From Azolla caroliniana (taxonomy: Eukaryota > Plantae > Polypodiophyta), in the NCBI GenBank assembly GCA_043228905.1, contig JBHGNT010000014.1, forward strand, positions 18,042,001-18,106,000: 64,000 nt of DNA. Direction: 5' to 3'. The number at the start of each line of letters is the position of its first letter. The first letter of the stretch is position 1. A program made the position numbers and the translations under genes. The notes beneath the pieces are model-generated. The model was not told where the DNA came from. It made no database searches and saw only the letters and a list, made by a program, of their open reading frames with translations. Positions 28,069 to 39,053 of this stretch are shown piece by piece.

Positions 28069-31000
28069 CTAAGAGGTTTGCGGGAGCAACTTATAAAGCT
28101 TTCGTCTCGGCCCAGAGGAGGAAGAAGAGGTAGAGCTACTACCATTGTGCATGGCATTCACGTTCCCGGTGAACGTGATACTCGGGCAATCGAACTTCCC
28201 TCGGAGATTTGCCGACTTGCATCGTCTCAAGCCGGGGTTCGCCCCCGTGCTCGGGAGCATATCTTGCAAGACGGCGCTTCCCGACAACGGAAGAAGGAGA
28301 GGTTGAGATCGGAGTTGAGGAAGTTGAGCACAATCCCCGGCTATGGGGGACCACAAAACACTACTGGGGGACAAGGGGGCCTTAACGATGTCGAGCACGC
28401 GTAGAGGCGGAGGGCGACTCCACTCTGGGAGCATACCGGCCACGATAAGTGTTTGCAGGAGGGGCCCTGCATCCATGATCGCTTGGAGAAGCTTCCCTTT
28501 CTCCGGCAACGGGCCTACTACCATGGAACCCTTTGACAACCCGGGTTCCCCTTGGTGTAGGCACGGTATCGCCATCGACATAAGGGCTTGTTTGCATGGG
28601 TTTGTACCTAGGGGTTGTTTGCATGGGTTTGTACCTAGGGCTTGTTTGCATGGATTTGTACCTAGGGCTTGTTTGCACGGGCTTGTACCTAGGGCTTGTT
28701 TGCATGGGCTTGTACCGACCCCACCCCCGTGGCTCGGAATGCAAGACGATAATTTGGGCAGGGGTAAAGGGGATAACACGTTTTTCGCATCGGCCCAAGC
28801 GCAAGAGTTCGGGTGGTTCAGCCTCTTTTGGCTCGAGCATTGAGTTGGGCACTGATGAGCTCGGGCCTGAGCTCGAGCCTCCTCCTGGCAATGGCTCGCG
28901 TCCCATACTGGTGTTTGATCTCCTTGTGGAAGCCCACTCCTCATGATCATGTCATGCAAACCCCGATCTTCTTCGTCATTAAGGACACCCATCCCGAAAT
29001 GTGGTCGTGGATGCGGATTCCCTCCTGAATTGTCGTCTTCCATAGCCACCGAGGGATCGAGTGTGGCAAATATGTCATGCGGGCCCGCCCCTAGGAGAAG
29101 CTCATCAGTGGCAAACTCCTCGAGGATCGGTATCTCCTCCTCCTCCTCATTTCCATTGCCATTGCCACCACCACCACCTTCTTTCGGGCGCGCGGACATT
29201 ATCAATGGCTCGAGGTTGTGGGTCACGGAAGCTTCCGGAAGCTGATGCGGGGGCATCATAGAAGACGAGATGACGAGGCTATGGAAGGAAGAGTTGTTGG
29301 TGTCGTCGTAACATGCCTTTTGTTGTGGGGGGGAGCGCGAGGAGGAGCCTCCCGAAGACGAAGAGAGTCGATAGATGCAATTCTGAAGCCTCTCGCATTT
29401 GTCTCGCGCATCGTCCCTCTCCTTCCGGGCCGAATCGAGGAGGCCTTGCAACCTCCCTAGCAAGGCCATGTTCAGATTGGTTTGTAATGTGGCTGCTTGT
29501 TGGGCATTCTCGAGCTCCATCGATGTATGCGCCAATTGTTGTTGGAGCTCTTCTATGCTCTGAGAGAGATTTTTCTTTTTTTTATTAGGTACCATCAAAA
29601 TGTTGTTTCATGCCATTTACCATTATATATTAAAAACCCGTAACAAACAAATTGGCATGAACAAAAATGCAAGTACTTGGATCATTCACAATCTCAAGTT
29701 TCAATTTGGCATGAACAAATGCAAGTTCTTGGATCATTCATTTAATCTCAACTTCCAAATTCGCATGAACAAAAATGCAAGTACTTGGATCATTCATTTA
29801 ATCTTAACTTTCAAATTGGCATGAACAAAAATGCAAGAACTTGGATCATATTCAAATGTCTAAAACTTTTCGATGAGATCACAATGCTGTATGTTGTGTG
29901 TGGGATCTCTAGTTTTAATATTAACAAATTACAAAAACCCTTACAAAACAAATTGGCATGACAAAATGCAAGTACTTACTTGATCATTCAAATCTCACAT
30001 TTTCAATGAGATCCCAATTGCTTTCTGTTGTGTGTATGATCTCTAGTTTTAATACTACCAATTACATAAACACAAGATTGTTTTGTATCTTAAAATATCT
30101 CTTAAAGCTGATCGATCGAGAACAGTGTTAATGTCATTTGCACATGCATATTATACCTTTTGTTAGTAGTCATATAGATAAGAGTAAATTACCTTTGTTA
30201 GAAGTCATCATAGAGAGGCTCATTAGATTTAATATCTCCACTTCTGGTGAAGATTTGTATTGTCTGTGACTGTGTGTTTGTTTGTTGTGTTACATAATCA
30301 TTATGCCATATGATTCATTCACTACTGTGATAAGTCATGTGATGGAAATAGAGCCATAAACCATATCAAGAGGATTCATATCCTTAAATGAAAGTGTTTT
30401 GTTCTTCACTGTTTAACAGATTCAATCCTGCAGACAGGAAAGTCATAGCATCATATGTATAATGGAACCATAATATGCTTCATTCACTGTAACTCTGATC
30501 AAGCATATGACAAGAAACCATTGGATTCAATCTCATATAATCCATCCATGATGATCATAACATAATCTATATCATCATAAACAAGCATAATCCCTATGTT
30601 ACATACAGTAGTATGCAATGGCATATAATGCACCTTCATTTGGCCCATGATTCAAATGATTTATTAGTATTGATTTAGCCATATATGTAATGCAGCCACA
30701 GAGAAAATAATCATTCATTACAATCACAATCATAAACCGTATACTCATCATCCATAACAATCATATAATATCATTCATTTACAATCAGAAAGCATATATT
30801 CATCAATTAATTTACAATCATAAAGCCTTTTAATCAATGATAGTTTGAATAATAATTAGACAGCATATACTTATTGATTTATTACAAAGGTCCATTCATC
30901 CATTGCTTTGTTACAATCATGAAGCATATAACCATTCATTACAAATACATATCGATCCATTACAGTTACCATTCTATAGCAATCATTGTGGTTAGCAAAG

Positions 31001-31153
31001 AATCATTTCATTATATGAACAGACCAACCAAAATAGCTAGAAATGGCGGAAACGGCCACGTACCTCTCCAGAAGAAGAAGAAGAAGAACCCCATGATAAG
31101 GGCAAGCAAGGAGGACTTGCTTCCATGAACATAGAAGCCAAAGAATTCTCCAT
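28069..31153 (-). CDS. DUF1635-domain plant protein, probable exons 31153-31064 and 29559-28069 (~526 aa)
   Basis: N-terminal coiled coil SIEELQQQLAHTSMELE...ERDDARDKC and motif LPEKGKLLQAIMDAGPLLQTLIVAGMLPEWSRPPP. Donor GAG|GTACGT at 31064/31063 and acceptor CAG|AGC at 29560/29559, both phase 0. Exon 1 is less certain. Confidence 0.82.
29649..29990. repeat. ~55-60-bp tandem repeats in the DUF1635 intron
   Basis: aaattggcatgaacaaaaatgcaagtacttggatcattca, ~5 copies. Confidence 0.85.
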
Positions 31154-31722
31154 TATTTCTCCCTTCTGTGCTTTTAAGAAAAAGGAAAACAGAAGCAAAA
31201 AAACAAAAAAGAAAAAACAAAAAAGAAGAAACTGTGTGAGAGAAGGATACCACAGACAGCAACAAACAGCAAAAAAAAATTCTGAAATCAAACAAAAAAA
31301 ACAAAAAAAACCGAAAGAACAAAGGAGAGGAGAAGAAGAAGAAGAAGAAGAAGAATGGAGACAGGTGAAACAAATCTTCTCTGTAAAATAAGGGAAACGA
31401 ACTTTAGAAAAGAAAGGAAGATGAATGAACAGAAGAGTCCAATGGAAGGTCGAGATTTGGCAAAACAGAATGCGGCAGATTGATCTAAAAATCCAAAGGA
31501 ATGCACAGCGGCGGATTTGAAGAAGAAAGAAGAAGCAGAGATGAAGAAGAGATGAAAAGGAAAGAGAAAGAAAGAAAGAAAGATCAGATGAGAGAGAGAG
31601 AGAGAGAGAAGCTTTTCCTTGATTCTCTCCACATTCGCCTGACATCGCCTACCATTCCTCATTGGTCACAAAAAATATGTGTCCTCTGTGTTCTTCTTTT
31701 TCCCTGTATTCTTTCCTATTTC

Positions 31723-32300
31723 ATCCATCTCCATCTCCATATCCATATCCATCATCATCATCTATGACCATGATCATGATTAGGATCATCATCCATCTCC
31801 ATCTCCATCATCATCTATGATCATCATCCATCTCCATGCCCATCATCATCCATGATCATGACCATCATCCATCTCCATCTCCATCTCCATCATCATCTAT
31901 GATCATCATCCATCTCCATCTCCATCTCCATCTCCATCTCCATCATCATCTATGATCATCATCCATCTCCATCCCCATCATCATCCATGATCATGACCAT
32001 CATCATCCATCTCCATCTCCATCTCCATATCCATCATCTATGATCACCATCCATCTCCATCCCCATCATGATCCATGATCATGACCATCATCCATCTCCA
32101 TCTCCATATCCATCATCATCTATGATCATCATCCATCTCCATCCCCATCATGATCCATGATCATGACCATCATCATCCATCTCCATCTCCATCATCATCA
32201 TTGACCATCATCCATCATCCATGTCCATCTTCATCATGATTCATGATTCATGATTCATGATCATCTCCATCTCCATCATCATCGTCTTCTTCTTCATCAT
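31723..32300. repeat. Low-complexity CATC/CATCTC/CATGAT satellite
   Basis: Directly visible. Followed by (CTTGA)n at ~32337-32425. Confidence 0.9.
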
Positions 32301-32735
32301 CATGGGCCAAAATCAAATAGCCCACTAGAGACAATAGCTTGACTTTGGCTGACTCAACTTGACTTTAACTTGACTTGACTTGACTTGACCTGGCTTGACT
32401 TTACTTGTCTTGACCTGGCTTGACTTGGTGTTATGTGCATTCTACCCCACCTTGCAAAATCAAATGGCCCACTAGAGACAATTGGAGCTTTTTTTTTTGC
32501 ATTCCAAACCCACAAACTAGGAATCCATAGGTGGCAAACCATAATTTGATCGAATAAATAACCCATGTTGTTATTTGTATCGCGGTTGAATGAGCTGCGA
32601 GAGATGACGTGATGCATTTGTCTTAGACCCGCATTATTGAATGGAACTTTATTCGACCAAACTCTTGGCTTCACATTTGACACATTTGATGGACTACATT
32701 TAGGCAGGGGTATTCACTAGAATAAAAATCAAGAC

Positions 32736-33050
32736 TCAATGATTTCGGGCTGTTTAATTCAGAAATGACAATTGTCATGATAGATTATCGAAGGGAAAGA
32801 GTAAGAACAAAACCAAGCCTCAATGATTTCGGGATATTTAATTCGAAAATGACAATTGTCAAGATAGATTATCGTAGGGAAAGAGTGAGAACTAAACCAA
32901 GATTCAATGAGTTTGGGTTGTTTAATTCGGAAATGACAATTGTCAAGATAGATTATCGAAGGGAAAGAGTGAGAACTAAACCAAGATTCAAGTTTAATTC
33001 AGAAACGACAATTATCATGTAGATTATCAAAGGGAAAGAGTAAAAACTAA
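32736..33050. repeat. ~84-bp tandem repeat, ~4 copies
   Basis: tttaattcggaaatgacaattgtcaagatagattatcgaagggaaagagtgagaactaaacca repeated. Confidence 0.88.
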
Positions 33051-33456
33051 ATACTTCAGAAATAGTTTATTTCTCAATAATCTCTCTTAATTGATATTAA
33101 AATCTACAAAGATGGGTCGATAACAAAATTATGGCTTACCCCTAGTGTACAACCCCAAGAGAAGATGGATTTTTTTAATGTCCACATGAGATAGAATACA
33201 TTATTTATGTTTGTGATCATGATGGATAATAATCTATGTTTTCATGGATTTTTTGCTAGCATTGAGGGTGAGAGACATAGCATTCGTGTCCCAAAAAGAG
33301 AGCATTACGAGACAATCTCCTCTCTTGGTGCACATCATCATAGCCAATTGTAGCTCTTGTGTTTTTCTAAGTCATTCCTTAGTTGTTTAAAAGCACAAAG
33401 TAGTTTGGTGGCTTGGAGATGTTGTAAGAAGTTGGTGCTTCACACGAAAAGCTATA

Positions 33457-34772
33457 CAGTAGACATTCAGTTAAGTGTGTGTTCAATTAAGTGTGCCATT
33501 ATATTAAATGCGCTTTTTTTTAGGTCAAAATCCAGATCAAAGAAATTACATTGTTTCATGATGAAATTACATCAAACCAAATTGAAATTTGTTCCAAACA
33601 TTTAGAAAACAACAAAATGATCAATCGAAATCTTATTTGTAAGTCTTTCTCTATTTCATACAAAAATCATGTAAGGTCAGTTGCTTACTTTTAGTGATAC
33701 GCTTAGAAACAATGGTAGAATTTGATTCTTGAATCATTTGACAAGCACCCAATAAAGCTAATTTTAATTGCTTTGCTTTTTCGGAACTCAAATAAGTTGT
33801 TGGCATGATTGAATTGAGCATGAGTTCACTATCAAAAACATGTTTCAATAGTTCAGGAATAATCACATGATACATCGTCTTCCTTTAAGCATCCGTGCAT
33901 GTCTTGCATCTCAACAAACTCAAGATCTGAATTGTTTTCATCATATGCAAGTGGTTCATTGGTGTTGGAAGCTTATGTTATAACTTCATCAATCTCTTCA
34001 AGGATATTTTGATTAAGTTTTTCTGATTCATTTGAATCTGCATTTACACATTCCATGATCTCATCTCGAATTTCTTCTACATTATGTACATTTTCAAGCA
34101 AATTGTAGTTAGATAACAAAGCAACAAGATCATCAATGCATTGATATTCCATTTCACTGACTTCAACATCATTAAGACGAAATGATTGAATAATATTTGC
34201 CTTTCTATAGCAATTAAAAATTGTCTCCTGCTTGATCTCATTCCAAGCAGTAACACTGAGATTGGCGGCACCTAGCAAATGTGCCGACTTTCCAAAAGCT
34301 AAACCAATCTAAGAGCCTCTTCTCATATGTTTAGCAACATCTTCCAAGCGAATCTTAACATAATCTAGACTATCATGATATGCCAATATTTCTTTTATCA
34401 AATGATATTTGTACCTCTGTTTCAAAGTTGTAATGATTCCTGAATCCATTGGTTGCTTCCAAGATGTGACATTTGTTGGGAAAAAAATCACTTTGATAGC
34501 ATCACGCTCCAATGCTTCGGCATGACCGGCTGTATTATCAAGGAGCAATAACATGGTGATTGACGTGGATTGGAGTAGCGTTAGGAGCAGTAATGTGGTG
34601 AGCGACGTGGATTATAGAAGAAGGGAGGGTCTTTGTGATCGTTGTTGGGGCTGCGCTTTCTGCAAAAGAGAAGAGAAAACATAATTGACTTAGAAATCCC
34701 CAAGTGCGCAACTCGGTTAAGTGCACACTTTTCCCTTGCATTCAAAGTGTGCACTTAACCGAATGTCTACTG
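33457..34772 (-). mobile_element. Internally deleted pogo/Tigger-type (Tc1/mariner, DDE_1) DNA transposon
   Basis: 21-bp TIRs CAGTAGACATTC(A/G)GTTAAGTG (33457-33477 and 34752-34772) flanked by TA TSDs. Transposase fragments LLLLDNTAGH, FFPTNVTSWKQPMDSGII and AWNEIKQETIFNCYRKA. N-terminal HTH region absent. Confidence 0.9.
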
Positions 34773-35343
34773 TACTCTAAGAATGTAAAGATGTTCCTCA
34801 TCCGAAATGTTCTCATTCAACTGGATGTCCAATGATGGTTTGCATTAGCAAACCATATATATATCCATTCTCAAATCCAAGATAACAAGCATGAGTGCAA
34901 ACGAGGATGATTACCATTGTCTTGTTAAATTTTATGGAGATGAGGTGTTGTGCAGAGTCAAAATCCTTAGAAGTAGCCCATGTATGTCACATGCGTGGTT
35001 TCGTGGGAATGTGAGACTGAACCATGTCCTTGAGACACAAACCTATCCGCCTCAAACCCAAAGGTCTCCAAAAGAAGCAAGAGTTGATTCTTCTACCCCC
35101 TAGTCCAAAGAACAATAAGTGTGTGTGTGTGTGTGTGTGTGTCCAAAATGAAAGAAATAGAACTATGTATACAAAAGGAGTGAAAATGTTATATAGTCCA
35201 AAGAACAATCAAAAGCCTATGTATATATCTATCATTCTATGTATATGCAAAATGAAGAAATAGAACTATGTACAGACAAAAGGACTATGAATACATTGTT
35301 ATACGAAGTGTAGAACTGGTTATATAGTGGGAGAACCAACATC

Positions 35344-35415
35344 AGCTCCCAGCGAGGATCGAACTCGCGACCTTTCACTTACGAAGCGAACGCAATACCA
35401 CTATGCTATGGAAGC
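35344..35415 (-). tRNA. tRNA-Thr (anticodon CGT)
   Basis: GCTTCCATAGCATAGTGGTATTGCGTTCGCTTCGTAAGTGAAAGGTCGCGAGTTCGATCCTCGCTGGGAGCT folds into a full cloverleaf with canonical A and B boxes. Confidence 0.95.
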
Positions 35416-36899
35416 TTCATGGCAACTTTAAAACAATGTACCAAAAAATTACATAATATTTATGTAATTTCATCACAACATTCCATGAAATCCCACAAAG
35501 ATGAGACTCATCATCACTCCCATCACCTAATTTAGAGGTTCATCAATCTATTAAGATTTTTTATCTGATCACCAATCATCTAGAGGCAAACTAATTATCC
35601 TACTAATAAATCAAAAAACTACGAAGCATTGGAGTGGTTATCCTAGCATATATTGCACTATTGAAACTCATCGATAATTGTACTAATATCTCATATTTCT
35701 AGGGAAATGTTAGAGTTTCCAATCGTTGCCTCTCAAAAGTAAATTTGTAGAACCGTCTTCTTAGGAGCAAATTCTTAAGAGAACTATTATTGTACACGAA
35801 GGGGTTAATATCAGTCCACTTTGACATCTCGTGGGAACAATGTTTCTAATAAATTTCCATAGTGAGATGACCCATTGTAGTAGTATTGAGGTAATGTTAG
35901 TACTTCAATAATTGGTGACACTTCAATGTACCATATGTTTCATTGAGCTTGAACCAATATGTGTTTCCATACTTTGATGACTTGTGGGACCAATCTTCAT
36001 AATCAGACCACTTATCGAAATAGAACTCCAATCAATCCTAAAATTTTTGTAGATGATCCCTAAACTTAGGTGGATCTTAGGAATTTATACATGAAGTACA
36101 CACATTGAAACCAATGCCCATGATGGCTCATGAACTAACCAATTTTGAGTCTGATCAATCCCACCAATCAGCCATGCCACCACGTATAAAAAAAGTAGAA
36201 TATGGTGTACAAGAGACAAGGGTTGGGGGGTGGCTCCCTCATGGTCTAGCCATTAGATTTTATCTTAATAATGGCCAACAAACACCATCTAGATTCCTCT
36301 ACCCACTTTGTACTAATAGCCCAACTCATCCAACTTAAGCTAGACAAAGAGAACGTGAAACCAAGATATGCCTCTCAAAGTCAGAATCAATAAATGATGA
36401 GCTTCTAAAGGTTATATAGCCAACACCTAAAAATTTAACCAGAACTCCAAACACTAGTCTTAGGCATAGAAGGAAACATTAGAAGAGAAACATTCCAACC
36501 ACCTTGGAGGGAGACCTCCAACCATCAACAAGTAAATACAACATTCTTAGGGGTAATCCATGAAACACTAACTCCATAATTAATCAAGCTACACAATCAT
36601 TTGCAATTATTATGGTCAAGGGCAACAATAGACTATGCAACAACATTTCCATGTTCGTCAAGATAAATCCGTCCACATAAACAAGATGGTGTTAAAATAT
36701 ATAGGAGGGAGGGGTTGTTGACGATCTCATTGAGTGGTTTGAACTAGTCCTTTGACCTAATGAACTCGTCTCTAATGAAGCATGAGTGGCAACTTTTAGG
36801 ACTGCCCTCAAATGTAGAAGTCAAAGACGTAGTTTCACATCAAACATATCCTAGATGACTTTACTTAGGTAAATGAGATTTACCTCAATAACTTTGCTT

Positions 36900-37609
36900 G
36901 ATGTGATAGACGATTAATCACCAAGCACTACATTATTTATAATAGATGACATACATGAATGGGTATCAAACATTGCGCATTTGTTCACTTATCAATTGAT
37001 TAAAGAAGAAAAATGCTCATTGCCAAGTATTGCAACCGTTCACTATGATCTAGAAAAACCAATACAAGAGAGGACAAGATGATATCTTACATGGGTGTAT
37101 GATGGATGATGATGTAATACCTATAACTAAAAGGACCCATTTGCATTAGTGGTGAAGGACATTTTAGCCTAACTGTTACTTCCCATAGTATATTCTACAT
37201 TGGCGTGTAGTGGGAAACTCTTTTCAAGGACACATAGGAATACATAAAATGTTGTGATGAATCTCCACGCCACAAACCTCCCACCAAAGGTCAATTATAA
37301 CCCCCTACAACTAGTTGTAGATTGAGAACCATTCAAGAAATGGGGAACATTTTTCATTGAACCAAGCATCTCAACATCAAATAAAAAATATCTCATTACT
37401 TCCATAGAGTATTTCATGAAATGGGTTGAAGACAAAGCTTAAGTAAATAGTGACAAGTGAGCCATAACCTAAAAGTTGTATGAAAGCATAATTGGTCGTC
37501 AATTAGAACTAGTAAGTGAAAGTATCACATTTCTTAAACGAGGCAATCACTCTTGTCAGGGAAATTCATGGTATCACATCACAAAAGTATATTGTACTAC
37601 ACTCAACGT
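36900..37609 (+). mobile_element. Old degenerate Ty3/gypsy integrase remnant, left part (continues at 52889)
   Basis: GEGHFS...TLFKD...IKCCDE (zinc-finger-like), EPFKKWG, EYFMKWVE and HHKSILYYTQR ending at the insertion site. Left boundary is approximate. Confidence 0.65.
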
Positions 37610-38271
37610 TGTCGCGAAGATGCACGTGCGAGCGTGCTTCCTTGAGCGGGACCACCGGGGTCTTGGACCAAGGAGGATGTCCGTCAAGGTATTGAGAAGA
37701 GGACGATGTGAATGTAAGATTGGAGGAAGACCTATTACACTTGAGAAGATTGAAGATCGTACACTTTCAAAAGTAGATAAATAATTACAAGATAGATGCG
37801 AAGAAGAAGAAATAGAAGCTTATATTATTGATGGTGATGATGATGATCATATCATATTGAGCCCCCCCCCTTTACACAAGCCGTACTAGGGGTTTTATAG
37901 GTTTGTCCATGCTCAAAACCATGGGCTTGGAGCCATGGTTTCTATGCACACAGTTTTGCTTTGTGACATGCAGGAAACCATGGGCTTAAAACCGTGGTTT
38001 TGTGTACACGGTTTTGTTCGTTTGTTTCCTACGGAATACTGAATATGAGAAAGAAATATACATCTAAAGCACTTAGTAGTAGCTTTAGTGGTAAGGTAAT
38101 TGCCTCTTATCTTAGAGGTGCAAGGTTCAAATCCTACTTGCAACCCTCTACATGCACTCAATGCCATTGTGACCTAGGTTTATTTATTTTCATTTTTACA
38201 AGTATTCGTGAAATGTGTGTGGATCCTCAATTTTTGACTTTTTCTTGCACTAGACATGCCACATCACGACA
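37610..38271 (-). repeat. 3' LTR of the outer gag-only element (662 bp)
   Basis: Matches 52220-52884 with ~5 substitutions and one 3-bp indel. Confidence 0.95.
38075..38144 (+). promoter_or_regulatory. tRNA-like Pol III A-box/B-box cassette inside the LTR (second copy ~52688-52757)
   Basis: A box TAGCTTTAGTGG (38080-38091), stem GCCTCT/AGAGGT, B box GGTTCAAATCC (38124-38134) and a downstream T-run. Confidence 0.6.
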
Positions 38272-39053
38272 TCCACCCCCACCAAACCGCACATCCTCCG
38301 GTATGTGCCAAGAAGAAAAGAGTGATGTGGAAGGGTCAAAGGTGGTTGGTGTTTGATTTCCTCCTTTCTTGCGCCTCGTTTGCACCGTCTTTTTGTCGTC
38401 TACTTCGAACTGTCGTTGCCATCCGATCCACCATATCATTCGCTCACCTTTTTTATTGCCATGTCTAGTTGTCATGGCTCCCTTTGCTCCTCCCGAGCAT
38501 AATGCTTCATGCCTCATGCATGTGCCACCTTCATCTCGGCCATCTCCTTGGTCACCTAACTGTTGAGCGGCAAGCTCAACCGGCGCCGGATCGGCTGAAT
38601 AAGCCGGAGCCGGTAAGCGAGACGGATCGGGCGAAACGGATCGGTATGACGGTGAGCAACCGAACCGGCAAGCAGTGGAGGCCGGGTGCAATCCGTAACC
38701 GGAAGTCCAATCGGAAGCCTAGTATAGGATAGACTACTAGGTAGCTATAGTCTCGTAGTAAGTGTCAGATGCTCGTGTGAGCATTGAAGTACATGGTACT
38801 TCTGTCAGTCCCAAGAGGACTTGTATAAATAGTGCTACTTAGCACAATGTGTATACATAGTCTTGATATAATTTTGAAATTACGTTCTGCTCTCTCTGTC
38901 TCTCTCTCTCTCTCTCTGTTGTTCTCTGTTTTACGCTTCCGCAAACACTTATGTTTACATGGTATCAGAGCGCGAGGGTTGAGAACCTCTGCTGCAGACA
39001 TTTACTCTTGAGAAGAAAACCCTAACAGGTCGAAAACAGACACAGTAGAAGAC

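Noticed and set aside
31011-31767. F/S/L-rich and K/E/R-rich ORFs
   Set aside because: Low-complexity 5'-UTR/intron sequence of the DUF1635 gene. Only 31153-31064 is retained as a probable exon.
35344-37610. tRNA-gene-targeted integration of the nest (Ty3/Ty1-like)
   Set aside because: The resolved insertions are more than 2 kb from the tRNA and the old element's boundary is undefined. One locus gives no evidence of targeting.
38075-38144. Functional tRNA genes within the LTRs
   Set aside because: Acceptor stems and anticodon loops are non-canonical in both families, so they are reported only as tRNA-like promoter cassettes.
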